From the IMG/VR virus record IMGVR_UViG_3300006143_000348: a stretch of DNA of 64,000 bases; one strand, written 5' to 3'. A model generated the notes under the pieces. It was given only the letters and a program-made list of their open reading frames with translations. It made no database searches and had not been told where the DNA came from. Shown piece after piece: positions 36,743 through 46,239 of this stretch. This DNA comes from a virus (Duplodnaviria; Heunggongvirae; Uroviricota; Caudoviricetes). The position numbers were made by a program, and so were the translations under genes. The first letter of the stretch is position 1, and every line of letters begins with the position of its first letter.

Positions 36743-37015
36743 ATGATGTATCCATATATGACACTTGACGATGACACAGAGATTACACATTCTGAAATGA
36801 AGCCGGACGGAAGAGTAAAAGTATATATGGAAACGCCGGATGAAAAGGTGTGTTTTCGACATGCTACTTGCTGGCTTCCCGGATATAAATGGGAAGACGT
36901 ATATGCATATTCAGATGCGGATATCCAGCGTTTTCAGGAAATCATTGAGTCAACGGCTCATCTAATTTTGGAATTTTCGCAGGAAGGGGGATTTGATAAT
37001 GCCTCGAATTTTTAG
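36743..37015 (+). CDS. Hypothetical protein (90 aa)
   Basis: GGAGGGG RBS. Confidence 0.6.
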   Translation: MMYPYMTLDDDTEITHSEMKPDGRVKVYMETPDEKVCFRHATCWLPGYKWEDVYAYSDADIQRFQEIIESTAHLILEFSQEGGFDNASNF

Positions 37016-37097
37016 GTTTGGCTCGTACTGGGTTTATTTTTGGACAAATGAGAATAAGCCACTAGAGCCAATACATGTTCATATATCAAGTAGTTGA
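36999..37097 (+). pseudogene. DUF4160-like fragment (MPRIFRFGSYWVYFWTNENKPLEPIHVHISSS*), truncated
   Basis: The N-terminal 'MPRI.RF.G..I.FY..dH.P.H.H' pattern is typical of DUF4160. The ORF stops after 32 codons. Confidence 0.35.
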
Positions 37098-37405
37098 GCT
37101 ATGGGATACAAATATGGATTAATCTATTGACAATGACATAGATTTGTTTTAAAATAGTGAGCATAGAAAGAAATTTACTATTAAAACAGGCAATTATCCG
37201 TTAGATGCTTGTGAGCCAAAGAGGTTTTGACGGCTATAGAATTAATTATACTATAACACATTAATGACCGGATTTTGGTGAGCGGCGGTCATGGAAGTCA
37301 TTTCTATTTAGCAAGGTACTACCTAGAGCAGAATGGTTTGCCTTGAAAAATTACTATGTTACAATACTAAGAAAGTAACTGTTCAGTTTACCAGGCTGAG
37401 GACAG

Positions 37406-37516
37406 TTACTTTCTTGCATTCTTACCAATCTCATAACCTAATTTGTATGCAGCACCACATAAAATACTGGCAATACCTAACGTGTAATAAATAGATTGTA
37501 GCGAAATTGTTATCAT
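37406..37516 (-). CDS. Type I toxin-like small hydrophobic peptide (36 aa: MITISLQSIYYTLGIASILCGAAYKLGYEIGKNARK)
   Basis: A strong minus-strand promoter (TTGACA-N17-TAGAAT, at plus coordinates about 37637-37665), a structured 5' UTR of about 120 nt, an AGGAGGA RBS and a bidirectional terminator hairpin AGTAACTG-N21-CAGTTACT at 37374-37409. One TM helix with a basic C-terminus. Confidence 0.5.
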   Translation of the reverse strand: MITISLQSIYYTLGIASILCGAAYKLGYEIGKNARK

Positions 37517-37736
37517 ATGCAAAGTGTCCTCCTTTCGTAGATTCCTCGAAAGGTTTCTATGTAAACAGAGCTTGTTCTCGCTGATGGAAGACAAACCGTC
37601 CTACCGTGCTTAGGTAGAACCTATGTACATTCTACAAAACATTCCATATATTGTCAATTTATTATTTGAAGGAACAAAAAATGTCTAGCTCTAATTGGTT
37701 CGGAACAGTAAAGTAGATAAGAGAGGAGAGTCTGTC

Positions 37737-38096
37737 ATGAATGAATATACTATTATCAAAACTAGTGGCGAAGGATATGGCAGACTAATTCTGTGTCTTT
37801 CATTTGAAAGTCTGCTAACCTATATCAATAATATCGAGCATGTACTTGTTCAGGACGGAGTTAATGAAAAAGTCTTAATTGACCAGCTATTGATAACTGG
37901 TGATGGAGCAAATAGATTTATGAGCAGTGATTTTACGCAGGGAAAACTCGATTTCAGAACAGCACAAATAGTACAACCAGCGGAGTATTTCAGAAGAAAA
38001 ACTAATGAATGGCTACATGATAACTATTCATTAGTCGAAAATTCAATATTAACCGAGCAACAACGTCAGAAGATTAAAGATAAAATAGTCTTTTAG
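37737..38096 (+). CDS. Hypothetical protein (about 119 aa)
   Basis: The start at ATG 37737 has AGAGGAGAG upstream. The track start is 37695. Confidence 0.7.
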   Translation: MNEYTIIKTSGEGYGRLILCLSFESLLTYINNIEHVLVQDGVNEKVLIDQLLITGDGANRFMSSDFTQGKLDFRTAQIVQPAEYFRRKTNEWLHDNYSLVENSILTEQQRQKIKDKIVF

Positions 38097-38162
38097 AATG
38101 GGAAAGTTCCTTATCACTGGATTCGTTTCGGTGGTGGGGGACTTTTTTTGTTTTCTATGGCT

Positions 38163-38205
38163 CAGTTTACTAGGTTGAGGACAGTTACTTTTTGCATTTT
38201 ATGAA
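38163..38205. repeat. Direct repeat of 37383-37425 (CAGTTTACyAGGyTGAGGACAGTTACTTTyTTGCATT) flanking an insert of about 780 bp
   Basis: About 36 of 40 positions are identical. The first copy is the terminator of the toxin-like ORF. The second is an orphan half-copy. Confidence 0.7.
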
Positions 38206-38237
38206 GTATGTCAAGAATACTCGTGGCTTTAGACATG

Positions 38238-38390
38238 AAGGATTGAGGTTGTCATCAGTCTAAAAAATATATCTACCGTTGGAATGACGGAAAGTTACGC
38301 CTGTGGAGATGGAGGTTACGAAGTCGATGAAGCAGGAATCTTACGACTTCAGTCGTGAGAGGGTCAATTTGATAAGGATAATTTTTTGAT
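38238..38390 (+). repeat. About 150-bp conserved non-coding element (copy 2; see 20795-20945)
   Basis: About 90% identical to 20795-20945. Immediately upstream of the antitoxin-sRNA promoter. Confidence 0.6.
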
Positions 38391-38434
38391 AAGGGCATAT
38401 TGAAAAAGGTTTTCACATATGCTATAATGCCAAT

Positions 38435-38528
38435 AGGCAAAAAGAGATAAAAAGTCCATGTGGGCAAAAGAAACGAATCCCCAGATTGGTATGGCAGTAC
38501 CGTCTGAGGATTCTTCTTTTCTTTTATA
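38435..38528 (+). ncRNA. Candidate type I antitoxin sRNA 1 (about 95 nt)
   Basis: Promoter TTGAAA(38400)-N17-TATAAT(38423-38428) with an extended -10 TGc. Terminator hairpin GAATCCCCAGA/TCTGAGGATTC at 38475-38513 plus T-run. The 5' segment CAAAAAGAGATAAAAAGTCCATG (38437-38460) is a direct repeat of 38623-38647, so it is complementary to the toxin mRNA across its start codon. Confidence 0.6.
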
Positions 38529-38548
38529 GTGGCAAAGCACCCACTAGG

Positions 38549-38647
38549 CTATTTGTTGCTTTTGCCGTCACCGTCTAACCATTTGATGATGTAGTGGCAG
38601 GCTACACCTCCCAAAACGGTAACTAAAAAAGAGATAAAAAATTCCAT
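38549..38647 (-). CDS. Fst-like type I toxin 1 (32 aa: MEFFISFLVTVLGGVACHYIIKWLDGDGKSNK)
   Basis: Minus strand. A GGAGGAGG RBS lies 8 nt upstream of the ATG. A hydrophobic helix plus charged tail. Its mRNA converges on the sRNA terminator. Upstream are an extended -10 promoter (TGtTATAAT) and a 5' hairpin CGTTGC/GCAACG next to the SD sequence. Confidence 0.6.
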   Translation of the reverse strand: MEFFISFLVTVLGGVACHYIIKWLDGDGKSNK

Positions 38648-38958
38648 GCAAGCACCTCCTCCCCGTTGCGGGTATCGGTGAGCAACGAAAAAATTATAAC
38701 ATATTATCCGACAAACTTCTATAATTAATTCATACGAAAAAATGTAGAGGGGATTATGGCTACAAGAATCCGATGCTCGCTATCTCTATAGGACACTATC
38801 TCTGTGGACATCTCAAATAATCAATTTTTGTGTAACGATATCCTTATAGTAGGTTACGAGGTCGATGAAGCAGGAAACCCACCGAGCTTTAGCTCGTGGG
38901 TAGTTCACATTGCCAAAAGTATATTGAAAAAAGTTTTTGCATATGCTATAATGCCAAT

Positions 38959-39047
38959 AGGCAAAAAAGATGCAAAAGTTCCATGTGAACAAAGAACGAA
39001 TCCCCGAACCGTGTTGCACCACAGTTCGGGGATTCTTCTTTTCTTTT
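38959..39047 (+). ncRNA. Candidate type I antitoxin sRNA 2
   Basis: Promoter TTGAAA(38924)-N17-TATAAT(38947-38952). A 12-bp terminator hairpin GAATCCCCGAAC/GTTCGGGGATTC at 38998-39035 plus T-run. The 5' segment AAAAAAGATGCAAAAGTTCCATGTGAAC is repeated at about 39142-39172, which makes it complementary to the toxin-2 start region. Confidence 0.6.
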
Positions 39048-39070
39048 ATAGTGGCAAAGCACCCACTAGG

Positions 39071-39169
39071 TTATTTGTTGCTCCTGTCGTCTCCGTCTAA
39101 CCATTTGATGATGCAGTGGCAAGTTACACCAGCCGCGACAGCGATTAAAAAAGATGCAAAGAACTCCAT
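39071..39169 (-). CDS. Fst-like type I toxin 2 (32 aa: MEFFASFLIAVAAGVTCHCIIKWLDGDDRSNK)
   Basis: Paralog of toxin 1, with the same architecture: GGAGGAGG RBS and a 5' hairpin. Confidence 0.6.
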   Translation of the reverse strand: MEFFASFLIAVAAGVTCHCIIKWLDGDDRSNK

Positions 39170-39464
39170 GTGAACACCTCCTCCCTGTTGCCGGGTATCG
39201 GTGAGCAACAGGGAAATTATAACATATTATTTGGTGACTTGCTATCTTTTTCCAAAATCGCTTGTAACGGGGATTGCAATTGACATAACCCGACACCCGC
39301 TATTTCAGTGGACATTGCCACAAAGCGATTCTCGTGCAGTTAATACTCATAATTTTTGTTTACACAAATAGGAAAAGTTTAGCCTGAGTTTACACGCTCA
39401 GGCATTTTTATTTTTCAAGAAACTGCCGAGGCACGAATTCAAGAAAAAACGAGGAGGAGTTAAT

Positions 39465-40631
39465 GTGATTTACTTAGATAATGCAGCAACCACTAAAATC
39501 TATCCAGAAGTCCTGGAAGCAATGATGCCGTATTTAACAGAGGAATATGGCAACGCCGGGACAATCTATGGGCTTGGCAGGAATGCGGCGGACGCTGTAA
39601 TGAACGCCCGACAGCAGGTGGCTGATTTCATCGGTGCGATGCCAGAGCAAATTATTTTCACATCCGGCGGCAGCGAAGCAAACAATACGGCTTTAAAGGG
39701 CGCTGCCCCTTATTTGAAAGCAATAGGGAAGAAGCATGTCGTAGTGTCTGCTGTGGAACACGACTCCGTGTTAAAAGCGGCAAAGTCGTTGGAAAAAGCG
39801 GAGGGAGATTTTTGCATACATACTTTAGGAGTTAATGGGAATTGTGTAGTCAAAACACAGGAACTCCAGAAGATAATTGACAACAAGGAGGTTGGATTTG
39901 TATCGGTAATGTATGTGAATAACGAGACTGGTGCTGTGAACCCTGTGCGGGAGATAGGGAAGATGTGCGGGGAGCGGGGAATCTTGTTCCACACGGACTG
40001 CGTACAAGCCGCCGGATGCCAGGAGATAAATGTAGATGATATCCAATGTGACTTTCTGTCGCTGTCATCCCATAAGATACATGGGGCAAAAGGAGCAGGG
40101 GCTTTGTATGTGAGGGATAATAGCGTGCTTACTCCTTTGATTTGCGGAGGGGGAGAGCAGGAATATGGATTACGTGGCGGCACTGAAAACGTGGCCGGGA
40201 TTGTAGGGTTTGGGAAAGCCTGCGAACTCCAGAAGAAATACGCTAAAGAAAACCTGGAAGCGATATCCAGTCTGAGAAGCCTGTTTTACAGTCAATTGAC
40301 AAAGGAACTTCGTAAATCTGGGATGGATAATATGATGTCTGTTAATGGCGCATATCCAGGGGGAAGCGCGAAAGTGCTTAATCTGTGCTTTGAAGGCATA
40401 GATGGGGAAACGTTGCTGCTTATGCTTGATGCAAGCGGTGTCTGCGTTTCGGCCGGGTCTGCGTGCAGAAGCCATGAGTCTGAGCCGAGCCATGTGCTTT
40501 TGGCAATGGGAGTCACGCCGGAAAAGGCGAGGAGTTCGGTCAGGGTGTCATTTTCAGCAATGAATACAGTAGAGGAGGTGATACAAAGTGCGGAAATAAT
40601 CGCTAGATGTGTAAGTGCTTTGTGTAGATAA
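39465..40631 (+). CDS. nifS: Cysteine desulfurase (NifS/IscS class V aminotransferase)
   Basis: 'MIYLDNAATT', the PLP-Lys region 'SLSSHKIHGAKGAGALYVR' and a C-terminal 'SAGSAC' active-site Cys loop. A GTG start follows GAGGAGG. Confidence 0.9.
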   Translation: MIYLDNAATTKIYPEVLEAMMPYLTEEYGNAGTIYGLGRNAADAVMNARQQVADFIGAMPEQIIFTSGGSEANNTALKGAAPYLKAIGKKHVVVSAVEHDSVLKAAKSLEKAEGDFCIHTLGVNGNCVVKTQELQKIIDNKEVGFVSVMYVNNETGAVNPVREIGKMCGERGILFHTDCVQAAGCQEINVDDIQCDFLSLSSHKIHGAKGAGALYVRDNSVLTPLICGGGEQEYGLRGGTENVAGIVGFGKACELQKKYAKENLEAISSLRSLFYSQLTKELRKSGMDNMMSVNGAYPGGSAKVLNLCFEGIDGETLLLMLDASGVCVSAGSACRSHESEPSHVLLAMGVTPEKARSSVRVSFSAMNTVEEVIQSAEIIARCVSALCR

Positions 40632-40962
40632 ATATGGTGAGTTAGCGCAGGCTCTAAAATCACATTGGATTTTGAATTTTTAAGAATCGGAAACACAATA
40701 AGCGGCAGGGATAACCGGATTACCGTATTCCTCCTATGCGGGCTGAAAATGTGGTATTTCCCGGTTGTTAAGAACTTTCCAACATAGATTAAGAAAACTT
40801 GTACGGGCTGCCCGGAGCGGTATAGGTTCGTTTACATTCCAGCAGTTCGTGTCGGATTCTGAAATATTCATGCATTTCAGTGTAAAAATTAAAAGAAAAA
40901 TCATTGATATTTACATGAATATATGCTATGTTATAGTCATCATTTTCACGGAGGGCGGATTG

Positions 40963-42258
40963 ATGTATAGAAAAATTATGGGATTCTTGGAAGCGTGGAA
41001 AGAAAGCGAGCGCCGCAAGCCCCTTATTTTGCAGGGAGCGAGGCAGGTTGGCAAGACCTATTCCATTCTGGAGTTTGGGCGCACCCATTATGAAAATGTG
41101 GCGTATTTCAACTTTGAAACCAATCCCAAGCTGAATGAAACCTTTGAGGAAAACATCAGCCCGGATTATTTGATACCGATTTTATCCCATATCGCAGGAC
41201 AGACGATTGTCAGGGGAAAGACGCTGATTGTCTTTGATGAGGTACAGCTTTGTGAAAGGGCGTTGACTTCGTTGAAATATTTTTGTGAGGATGCTCCCGA
41301 GTATCACATTATCGTGGCGGGCAGTCTGCTCGGCGTGGCGGTGAATAGGGCAAGATTCTCTTTCCCTGTCGGAAAGGTGGATATGAAAACCCTGTACCCG
41401 ATGGACATGGAGGAATTCATGCTTGCAATGGGCGAGGACGCCCTTGTGGAGCAGATTAAAAAGTGCTTTGCTGCCGACACGCCGCTGCCCTCAGCGCTCC
41501 ATGATGCGGCGATGCAGCTTTACCGCCAGTACCTCATTGTGGGCGGTATGCCAGAGTGTGTAACACAGTTTGCCGAAACAAAGGACTATATCCTCGTCCG
41601 CCACACGCAGGACACTATCCTTGCAAGCTACCTCAACGATATGAGCAAGTATAATAATTTGAATGAAATCAAAAAGACAAGGTTTACCTACGATAACATT
41701 ACCGTGCAGCTTTCAAAGAAAAACACCCGTTTTCAGTATAAGCTGATTAAAAAAGGCGGGCGGGCTTCGGAGTTTGAAAATGCCATTGAATGGCTCTGCC
41801 TGTCGGGTATCGTGTCACAGGTCTACAAGGTGGAGCAGATTAAAAAGCCCCTTGAAAATTATCGCGACATTGATGCGTTCAAGATTTATGTATCAGACTT
41901 GGGGCTGCTTTGTGCCAAGAAAGACTTAGCTGCAAACGACATCCTCTATATGGTGGAGGAGCTGAACGACTTTAAAGGGGGCATGGCGGAAAACTATGTG
42001 AATGTGCAGCTTACCATAGGAGGATATAACACCTACTATTGGCAGTCCGAGCGTGGAGCTGAAATTGATTTTGTCATTCAGCGTGAGGGCAAACTTATCC
42101 CGATTGAGGTCAAATCCGCTGACAACACCAGAGCCAAAAGCTTAAAGGTCTATATGGAATCCTACAAACCTGATTATGCCATCAAGCTCTCTGCAAAAAA
42201 TTTTGGCTTTGAGGACGGGAAAAAGACAGTTCCTCTTTATGCCGCGTTTTGTATCTGA
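40963..42258 (+). CDS. AAA-family ATPase (COG1373/DUF4143-type)
   Basis: 'MYRKIMGFLEAWKESERRKPLILQGARQVGKTYSILEF' is the typical N-terminus of this family. The start at ATG 40963 follows GGAGGGCGG. The track ORF starts at 40765. Confidence 0.85.
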   Translation: MYRKIMGFLEAWKESERRKPLILQGARQVGKTYSILEFGRTHYENVAYFNFETNPKLNETFEENISPDYLIPILSHIAGQTIVRGKTLIVFDEVQLCERALTSLKYFCEDAPEYHIIVAGSLLGVAVNRARFSFPVGKVDMKTLYPMDMEEFMLAMGEDALVEQIKKCFAADTPLPSALHDAAMQLYRQYLIVGGMPECVTQFAETKDYILVRHTQDTILASYLNDMSKYNNLNEIKKTRFTYDNITVQLSKKNTRFQYKLIKKGGRASEFENAIEWLCLSGIVSQVYKVEQIKKPLENYRDIDAFKIYVSDLGLLCAKKDLAANDILYMVEELNDFKGGMAENYVNVQLTIGGYNTYYWQSERGAEIDFVIQREGKLIPIEVKSADNTRAKSLKVYMESYKPDYAIKLSAKNFGFEDGKKTVPLYAAFCI

Positions 42259-42488
42259 CCCAGGAACTGGGAATGTAACGCTCGCTTGGTATAGCGGGCG
42301 TTATTTATTTTTATTCGGACATGCAGTACCTCTGCTTTAGCCGTGGGGAGCATCAAAGGGAATGGCAGTTTGCAGGAAAGGCAAGGCTGGAATCCGTAAA
42401 TATGACGAAGGGATGGTGATATAATTACAAATTACATAGTATTATTGCACGAAATGATGTATAATTACGCTAGAAAGGAGCGGTGAAT

Positions 42489-42875
42489 ATGAGTTTAGAA
42501 AACAAAGTATTAAACACAGATTTTATGTCAACAGAAGAGGCGGAGGTTTTTGCACGCACTGTAGATGAACAGGTGCAGAAAGCTCCAGATGCAGTTCCAG
42601 AGCGTGTCCGTGAGGTTTTGTACGCATACAACTTACTCCGGGCACTGGCGGGCGGCAAAGAAGCAAAGGTGTCCTATGAGCTTTTCAGCCCGTCTAGCAG
42701 CCTGGGCGTAGTAAGCGTAGTAGGCAGCAGGCTTTCGTTCGGGAAGCCAGAGCTGTTTATGAGGGCGGTGAACTTAGCAACAAACTTCGAGGTATACCCG
42801 AAGACGGATGGAACGGTACAGATGAACTTTACGTTCCACGGCCTGAAAAATAAGGAACAGGGAGGTGAGCAGTAA
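42489..42875 (+). CDS. Hypothetical protein
   Basis: AAAGGAG RBS, ATG 42489. Confidence 0.7.
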   Translation: MSLENKVLNTDFMSTEEAEVFARTVDEQVQKAPDAVPERVREVLYAYNLLRALAGGKEAKVSYELFSPSSSLGVVSVVGSRLSFGKPELFMRAVNLATNFEVYPKTDGTVQMNFTFHGLKNKEQGGEQ

Positions 42876-43225
42876 TGAAGGTTAAGACGTTTGATGTGGC
42901 ATCATCTGTAATTGAGGAAGCGAACAAAAGATTTTCTGCTCTGTGGCAGCCAGACGGAGAAAAGTATAAAATCTTCGAGGAATATTGCGGTGCGATAGAC
43001 GGGCTTATCGAGGAGTTCGGTGGGGAGTCCGTGGAGGTCGAAGTGGATGAAACCAATATGGGAATCCGTATCCAGATAGAGGTTTCGGATATGACAATTG
43101 AATCTCCGCAGCACAAGTATTTTGCGCTCGCACAGCGTGCGGTTTCGTTCGGCTTTGCTGCAACTGAAAGCGGTGCGATGGCGGCGGAGTTTGTGTTCCC
43201 AAGCATTTGGGAAAGAAAAGCATAG
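42875..43225 (+). CDS. Hypothetical protein, translationally coupled (TAATG)
   Basis: The start overlaps the upstream stop. Confidence 0.7.
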   Translation: MKVKTFDVASSVIEEANKRFSALWQPDGEKYKIFEEYCGAIDGLIEEFGGESVEVEVDETNMGIRIQIEVSDMTIESPQHKYFALAQRAVSFGFAATESGAMAAEFVFPSIWERKA

Positions 43226-43237
43226 CAGGGGTACTGT

Positions 43238-43468
43238 GTGAATAGGCAGAGGCGCGCACTTTTGCATAATGCTGCAGGTCTTCTGCGGGAAGTTTCCGGC
43301 ATGTTATCAAAGGCACTTGACGATGAGCAAGATTGTCTGGATAATATGCCGGAAAATCTTTTATATAGCGAAAAGTGTGAGAAAATGGAAGATGCGATAA
43401 ATAAATTAGAGGAAGCGGTTGAGCAGGTTGATTTTGCAAAGGAGTGCATTGAGGCTGCTACGGCGTAG
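43238..43468 (+). CDS. Hypothetical small protein (start uncertain)
   Basis: GTG start with a weak RBS. Alpha-helical and acidic. Confidence 0.35.
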   Translation: MNRQRRALLHNAAGLLREVSGMLSKALDDEQDCLDNMPENLLYSEKCEKMEDAINKLEEAVEQVDFAKECIEAATA

Positions 43469-43476
43469 GAGGGAAT

Positions 43477-44085
43477 ATGTGGAACTTTTTCTTTTTGTTT
43501 TTGATAGGGGTATATCTTCTTATTAAGTATACGGAAGATAAAGCGGATGACAATGCTAATAAGGCACGGGAGAAGCTGATAGCGGAAACTGAGCTTAAAA
43601 TAAGAGCAACATATGGGATGGAAACGAAATTAGAAGAAGCGTTGGTGAAGGAAGATACGAGATGGAAAACGTTGGACTATATCAGTGATGAATTGCGCGA
43701 GGTTTACGGCGATGAGTGGAAGAGCAGGTTCCGGGAAGATGCGGTTGTAGAGTCCATTAGTGTAGATATACTTTGTATTTCCAGACCATACGGAGTTGCG
43801 TTCAACATATTGTTGGCGAAACATGGGAAAATACCGAACTTAACATTTCAATATGACCTGGGTGGGGTTCGTGAGGTAGAATTTGCGGTTAAAGGGTGCC
43901 AGATTGTAGAAAGATGTATGCAGGAAATGTATCCCGATATGAAAATGGTATACAGGCCGGGGAGCAAGATAAATGGGAAATTAAAGGAATATTACCCAGA
44001 AGTACATAGGGGGAAGATATATTGGGAGTATAACGCTCCGCGTTACGCCCGGGGGTTTGAGCCACCGATTACCCGCCTATGGTAA
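43477..44085 (+). CDS. Hypothetical protein with N-terminal TM anchor
   Basis: AGGAGGGAAT RBS. 'MWNFFFLFLIGVYLLI' is a TM segment. Confidence 0.7.
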   Translation: MWNFFFLFLIGVYLLIKYTEDKADDNANKAREKLIAETELKIRATYGMETKLEEALVKEDTRWKTLDYISDELREVYGDEWKSRFREDAVVESISVDILCISRPYGVAFNILLAKHGKIPNLTFQYDLGGVREVEFAVKGCQIVERCMQEMYPDMKMVYRPGSKINGKLKEYYPEVHRGKIYWEYNAPRYARGFEPPITRLW

Positions 44086-44100
44086 TCAATAAAAATACTA

Positions 44101-44129
44101 TTGACATCATACATACTTTTGTGATAATA
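44101..44129 (+). promoter_or_regulatory. Promoter TTGACA-N17-ATAATA followed by a structured leader of about 320 nt
   Basis: The leader contains AGCCGAG-ttgccg-CTCGGCT and the 'AGTATGCCAC..AAAGTCAA.GGAGGG' block. These are also present in the duplicated leaders at 11745-12018 and 21836-22102. Confidence 0.4.
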
Positions 44130-44454
44130 TAAAAAAAGCAAACAAATGTTCCTTAAATTGACAAGGCAGTTTGGGGAATAAGAAGAAAGTGTAGCCGGGG
44201 TGCCGCCCAGCTACACAAGAAAAGGTTGCAACTGAGTGACAGCTCAATTGCAATAACTGCTTTATAGCCGGGTATCATTCCCGGCAACATCCAAAATGGA
44301 ATCAACAGCCGAGTTGCCGCTCGGCTAAAGACAAAACATACGTAACGACCAAGCAACAAGCCGCTACAATGTAAATAAGTGATAGAAGTAAAACACTTAT
44401 TCATATTGTAGTATGCCACAACATAAACAAAAAGTCAATGGAGGGATACTACCA

Positions 44455-44829
44455 ATGAACCAGAAAAAGACGAGGTTAAAGCTGTCTCTGAAAGAATTTA
44501 AGGAATATTGTGCGGGAAAAGAGTTTTACAGGTATGTCTTTGAGATACGAAACCAGAAATGGTTTGCTCCGAGCTGCACAATTAGGACAACTGCAACGTA
44601 TTACCACATGAGAATTAGCTTTAACCCAAACAGGATATGTATATACAATGACAACTCTGAGAAGAATACGAAGTATAGGCAAAACTGGCTTGAATTTGAC
44701 AGTATAAAGCATATTTTTATAGAAAAGACAGTATTAGGTGACCTTTTCACTGTTGTATGCGAGAGCAGAGACGAGACTGGTGATGATACATATACCATCA
44801 TTGCTCAGGAGAAAATCGACGTTAGATAG
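44455..44829 (+). CDS. Hypothetical protein (124 aa)
   Basis: The start at ATG 44455 has GGAGGG 9 nt upstream. The track start 44413 (MPQHKQKVNGG...) shares its first residues with the 15-codon ORF in the duplicated leaders. Confidence 0.6.
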   Translation: MNQKKTRLKLSLKEFKEYCAGKEFYRYVFEIRNQKWFAPSCTIRTTATYYHMRISFNPNRICIYNDNSEKNTKYRQNWLEFDSIKHIFIEKTVLGDLFTVVCESRDETGDDTYTIIAQEKIDVR

Positions 44830-45034
44830 CCTAAAAGCGGATTTTAGAATTATCTTGACAAGTGGATGGAAGTGTGTTATTTTGTAGGAAAGAACATACA
44901 GGAACTGAGCTTTTGGAGCGTCTATCTGCTGGCATTGCCAGCGGTTTCTTGTATAAAGCCAGAGTTGCTTATGTCTAAAACGGAAAGGGCAATATTAAGA
45001 TATAACAGCCCATTACGCGGAGGGGAGGCCTTAT

Positions 45035-45994
45035 ATGTACAATGCGGAATTGAAAAAGAATTTTATCCGGGAACAGATTACAAGCATATCTACAGCTCTT
45101 GTATGTGAGACGATTTTTAATGCTATAGCGCCGGTAGAGGAAGAATGGGGTGCGGATTTATGCACGAAGAGTAAGGAAGAGTTACAGCCCGTCATTGATA
45201 GGATTGTGGGACTGAGAGTTCGGAGCAAATGGATGCGCTTAATTATCCTAAAGGACTATGTGAGATGGTGCATTGGAAGGAACGTGCCAGGGGCATGTGA
45301 CGGGATGCTGAATATCACGGATGTTGGGTTGGAAAAAGTAAGGGAGCAGACAGTATCAAGTCCTAAACATCTTCAGAATTATTTGGATGCGATATGTGAG
45401 CCGGAAGGAAAAGGTGGAACAGATAATATATACAGATGTTTCTACTGGCTGGCATATGCAGGGGTTGAAGAAAAGGATATACTGGACATTAAGTGTTCGG
45501 ATGTTGATTTCCGGAATATGGTTGTGAACTATCCTCAGAAGAATACAGTAGTCCAAATGTATCCAGAGTCGTTACAGGCATTCCATAACTGTGTGGAGCT
45601 TGAGCAGTTTTTGTTTAATCATCCTAATTATACAAAGACAGTATGGAAGGACAGGGTGGCAGGAGATACGTTGGTGAGGGGCGTCAGGGCGCTGCCAACA
45701 GTAAGCTCTATCAGGACAGAACTTTCAAGGAGGTCTAGGGGGAAAAGCGACAAGACGCCGTTAAAGCTAAGCTACTTCAGAGTATGGATGTCCGGATTGT
45801 TTTACCGGGCGTATGAGGAAGAGCTATGCGGGAGAACTCCGGACTTTAACCCGATTGTCATTCAACAGATGGAAGGAAAGACATACGAGCTGGGGCAAGG
45901 GAGAAGAACCTTAGGCGCAAAACAGCGACAGCTTGTGAAGGACTACGAAGAAGACTACCAGAGATGGAAGCTTGCGTGGATTTACAAAGGGTAA
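45035..45994 (+). CDS. Hypothetical protein (319 aa)
   Basis: AGGGGAGG RBS. No confident motif. Not obviously a tyrosine recombinase. Confidence 0.75.
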   Translation: MYNAELKKNFIREQITSISTALVCETIFNAIAPVEEEWGADLCTKSKEELQPVIDRIVGLRVRSKWMRLIILKDYVRWCIGRNVPGACDGMLNITDVGLEKVREQTVSSPKHLQNYLDAICEPEGKGGTDNIYRCFYWLAYAGVEEKDILDIKCSDVDFRNMVVNYPQKNTVVQMYPESLQAFHNCVELEQFLFNHPNYTKTVWKDRVAGDTLVRGVRALPTVSSIRTELSRRSRGKSDKTPLKLSYFRVWMSGLFYRAYEEELCGRTPDFNPIVIQQMEGKTYELGQGRRTLGAKQRQLVKDYEEDYQRWKLAWIYKG

Positions 45995-46239
45995 AAAAGA
46001 GCCTGCTATATGGCGGGCTTTCAATTACACAAATCAAGATAAAAAAATAATTCGCAAAGAGAGGGTTTTGATAGCTGCACCCTAGATTTAGGGTGCAGGT
46101 GAAAAGAGAAACACCGGGAAAGTTTCTATAATAAAGCCAAGATTTGGCTGATTTGGTTTCCACAACTTTCGCCAATAAAAGAAAATCGTTTAGCTAAAAA
46201 AACAGATAACTAATATGCAAATAGGAGGATTTAGAGAAA

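Noticed and set aside
43630-44420. Minus-strand ORFs 43630..43824 and 44153..44419
   Set aside because: They overlap a supported plus-strand gene or a promoter/leader region. No RBS was found, and the composition is typical of non-coding sequence.
45035-45994. Second tyrosine integrase
   Set aside because: No R..K..HxxR..Y catalytic pattern could be identified. The gene is left as hypothetical.
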